Shown here: positions 62,360 to 64,000 of the stretch, in pieces
Layout: each line of letters opens with the position of its first letter
Numbering within the stretch: position 1 is the stretch's first letter
NCBI GenBank assembly: GCA_038211855.1
Contig: JBBQVE010000003.1
Location: forward strand, 33,907-97,906
From: Candidatus Saccharimonadales bacterium
GTDB taxonomy: Bacteria; Patescibacteriota; Saccharimonadia; Saccharimonadales; SZUA-47
DNA: 64,000 nt
Reading direction: 5' to 3'
Made by a program: the position numbers and the translations under genes
The notes under the pieces: model-generated
Database searches by the model: none
What the model saw: the letters and a program-made list of their open reading frames with translations, nothing else
What the model was told of the DNA's origin: nothing

Positions 62360-62407
62360 GCGTAAAATAGCTATTCATTTGACCGAAGGTAGACTACTAT
62401 TAAGCTA

Positions 62408-62524
62408 ATGGTTAAGCACTCGACCGCGCAAAAAGGCTTCGTCACGATGCTAATCATGATGCTCCTGATCCTAGCAGTCGTCATCGGCTTTGCGTACCTC
62501 CGCATAAAACACGCGGCAAAATAG
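62408..62524 (+). CDS. Candidate 38-aa hydrophobic peptide
   Basis: MVKHSTAQKGFVTMLIMMLLILAVVIGFAYLRIKHAAK has a single TM. SD is weak. Below the ORF cutoff. Confidence 0.25.
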   Translation: MVKHSTAQKGFVTMLIMMLLILAVVIGFAYLRIKHAAK

Positions 62525-62572
62525 CATAATAAAAAGTTTAGAAAACCCAAGGGAAAGTGGTATAAAGCTTGT

Positions 62573-63052
62573 ATGGCAAAGTATCAAGTTATCATCGGCC
62601 GAGCTGAAGAAGTCGACATCGTCGGCACTGTTTTGGACGTACCGGCCAAAATCGATACCGGCGCCTTCCGTTCGTCGATTCATGCTACTAACATCCGCGA
62701 GGCGACCGTCGATGGCAAAAAAGTTTTGAAGTTTGCGATTCTCGGCCACCGCTGTGCGCCAGTAAAGTACGATATTACCACTGAACGCTACGAAAATATT
62801 GTCGTGCGCAGTTCAAATGGCGAAGAGAGCGACCGGTACGAAGTAAGTCTAAAAATCAAAATCGGACCCAAGATATTTATGGCCAGCTTCAGCCTGTATG
62901 ACCGAAGTAATAATGTATTTCCGATCCTTATTGGTCGTGAAGCTCTCAAGTACCGCTTCTTGGTAGATGCGGCAAAGACGTCTGTGGCGCGAATGAAACT
63001 TTCTAAGGAATTCGGGCTGGAACTTGATTCACCCGAGGATTTTGAGGACTAA
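62573..63052 (+). CDS. Retropepsin-like 'ATP-dependent zinc protease' domain protein (DUF785), RimK-associated
   Basis: IIGRAEEVDIVGTVLDVPAKIDTGAFRSSIHA matches the kAKiDTGA.tS.lHa signature. It lies directly upstream of rimK, as is commonly seen. Confidence 0.65.
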   Translation: MAKYQVIIGRAEEVDIVGTVLDVPAKIDTGAFRSSIHATNIREATVDGKKVLKFAILGHRCAPVKYDITTERYENIVVRSSNGEESDRYEVSLKIKIGPKIFMASFSLYDRSNNVFPILIGREALKYRFLVDAAKTSVARMKLSKEFGLELDSPEDFED

Positions 63053-63056
63053 TCAC

Positions 63057-63968
63057 ATGAAAATCGCTATTTTAAGCAATGGGCCGGGTAATTATTCGAC
63101 CAAACGACTCAAGGAAGAGTGTAAATTGCGTGGCCACGAAGTTCAGGTAATCAAGTATAAAGAATGCTACGCCAGTATCGAACAAAGCAAGCCGGAAGTC
63201 AGTTATCGCGGTGAGGTTTTGACTGGTTTTGACGCCGTGATTCCGCGTATTGCCAGCAGCATGACGCGCTATGGTACTGCCATTGTGCGTCAGTTTGAGA
63301 TGCAAGGCGTGTACACGCCAAGTAGTTCAATTGCGATTAACCGCTCGCGTGACAAGTTGCGTACCTTGCAGCTGCTGGCTCGAGCTGGTGTCGGCATTCC
63401 AAAAACGGTCTTTACGCGCAATACCGGTGATTTTGACGATCTTATTGACGAAGTTGGCGAAGTACCGGTGATCATCAAGCTGGCTCGCGGAACGCACGGT
63501 AATGGTGTCGTACTCGCAGAGACCAAGAAAGCTGCCAAAAGTGTACTGCAGGCTTTTTACGTCATGGATGACGATGGCACCAACATCTTGTTGCAAGAAT
63601 TCGTCAAGGAATCGGCCGGTACGGATATTCGCGTCTTTGTGGTTGGCGGCAAGGTCATTGCCAGCATGAAGCGCCAGAGCCTTGATGATGACTTTCGCAG
63701 CAATCTGCATCAAGGTGGGGAAGGTGTACCACAGAAATTGACTGATGAAGAGCGTAAAACTGCCCTCAAAGCCGCAAAGGCGATGGGCCTGTCAGTGTGC
63801 GGTGTGGATTTGATGCAAAGTGCTCGCGGTCCGCTGGTGCTCGAAGTCAACAGCAGTCCAGGCTTCGGAATTGAGCGTGTGACCGGCCGCAATGTGGCTG
63901 GCCCAATCATTGATTATGTTGAACTAAATGCCAAACGATCTCGCCGCCGCGACCGAGTCGGTGCCTAG
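63057..63968 (+). CDS. rimK: RimK-family ATP-grasp ligase (ribosomal protein S6 / alpha-L-glutamate ligase)
   Basis: MKIAILSNGPGNYSTKRL..., VIIKLARGTHGNGVVL, DIRVFVVGGKVIASMKR, and GVDLMQSARGPLVLEVNSSPG are ATP-grasp motifs. Confidence 0.85.
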   Translation: MKIAILSNGPGNYSTKRLKEECKLRGHEVQVIKYKECYASIEQSKPEVSYRGEVLTGFDAVIPRIASSMTRYGTAIVRQFEMQGVYTPSSSIAINRSRDKLRTLQLLARAGVGIPKTVFTRNTGDFDDLIDEVGEVPVIIKLARGTHGNGVVLAETKKAAKSVLQAFYVMDDDGTNILLQEFVKESAGTDIRVFVVGGKVIASMKRQSLDDDFRSNLHQGGEGVPQKLTDEERKTALKAAKAMGLSVCGVDLMQSARGPLVLEVNSSPGFGIERVTGRNVAGPIIDYVELNAKRSRRRDRVGA

Positions 63969-64000
63969 ATTTTTACAATATGGGGTGGCTAGACGGACCT

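Noticed and set aside
62471-62749. A 92-aa minus-strand ORF antisense to the DUF785 gene start.
   Set aside because: It overlaps a recognisable plus-strand gene and the small hydrophobic ORF region, and has no translation signals.

Overview
This is a 64-kb chromosomal window at roughly 50% G+C, with three much AT-richer insertions. The gene content (tilS-ftsH, murJ, lepA, hrcA-grpE-dnaK...dnaJ, rimK, many membrane-anchored hypothetical proteins, few biosynthetic genes) fits a small-genome bacterium, possibly Patescibacteria/CPR (Saccharibacteria-like). That taxonomic guess is inference only.

Layout:
- 129-12103: cell-surface glycan cluster. It holds GT2, three GT4, a NodB-deacetylase-GT4 fusion, a GT4 fused to a ~780-aa polytopic membrane domain, a pyruvyl transferase and a Wzx-like flippase. 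Five genes are chained by ATGA/GTGA overlaps.
- 12213-14988: secreted glycosidase-like protein and an unknown secreted protein.
- 15038-17403: tRNA-Ile2(CAU) with two small cargo cassettes (BrnT/BrnA; aldo-keto reductase).
- 17487-22939: housekeeping and membrane genes, SodC, and a MacB/FtsX-type ABC pair.
- 22986-26340: initiator-like tRNA-Met(CAU) followed by three single-gene cassettes (dapD, a small Cys-rich secreted protein, an alpha/beta hydrolase).
- 26371-37478: mixed accessory genes (ArsR-SRPBCC, PhzF, proline iminopeptidase, MFS, lipid kinase, thermonuclease, CNNM).
- 37527-42136: elongator tRNA-Met(CAU) with a very AT-rich integrative element. It carries a large serine recombinase and a split HipA-like kinase module.
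- 42175-63968: core genes, including a CIRCE/HrcA heat-shock regulon.

Main finding: all three CAU tRNAs carry insertions at their 3' ends, and all belong to one family. Each insertion ends in a conserved ~105-129-nt tail unit that starts at the tRNA-like CCA core. The cassettes at tRNA-fMet each begin with a stump homologous to the 3' end of the one intact serine recombinase gene. That gene itself reads into tRNA-Met. Joining the element ends would replace its last 14 tRNA-encoded codons with a 34-codon tail.

No rRNA, CRISPR array or phage structural genes were seen.
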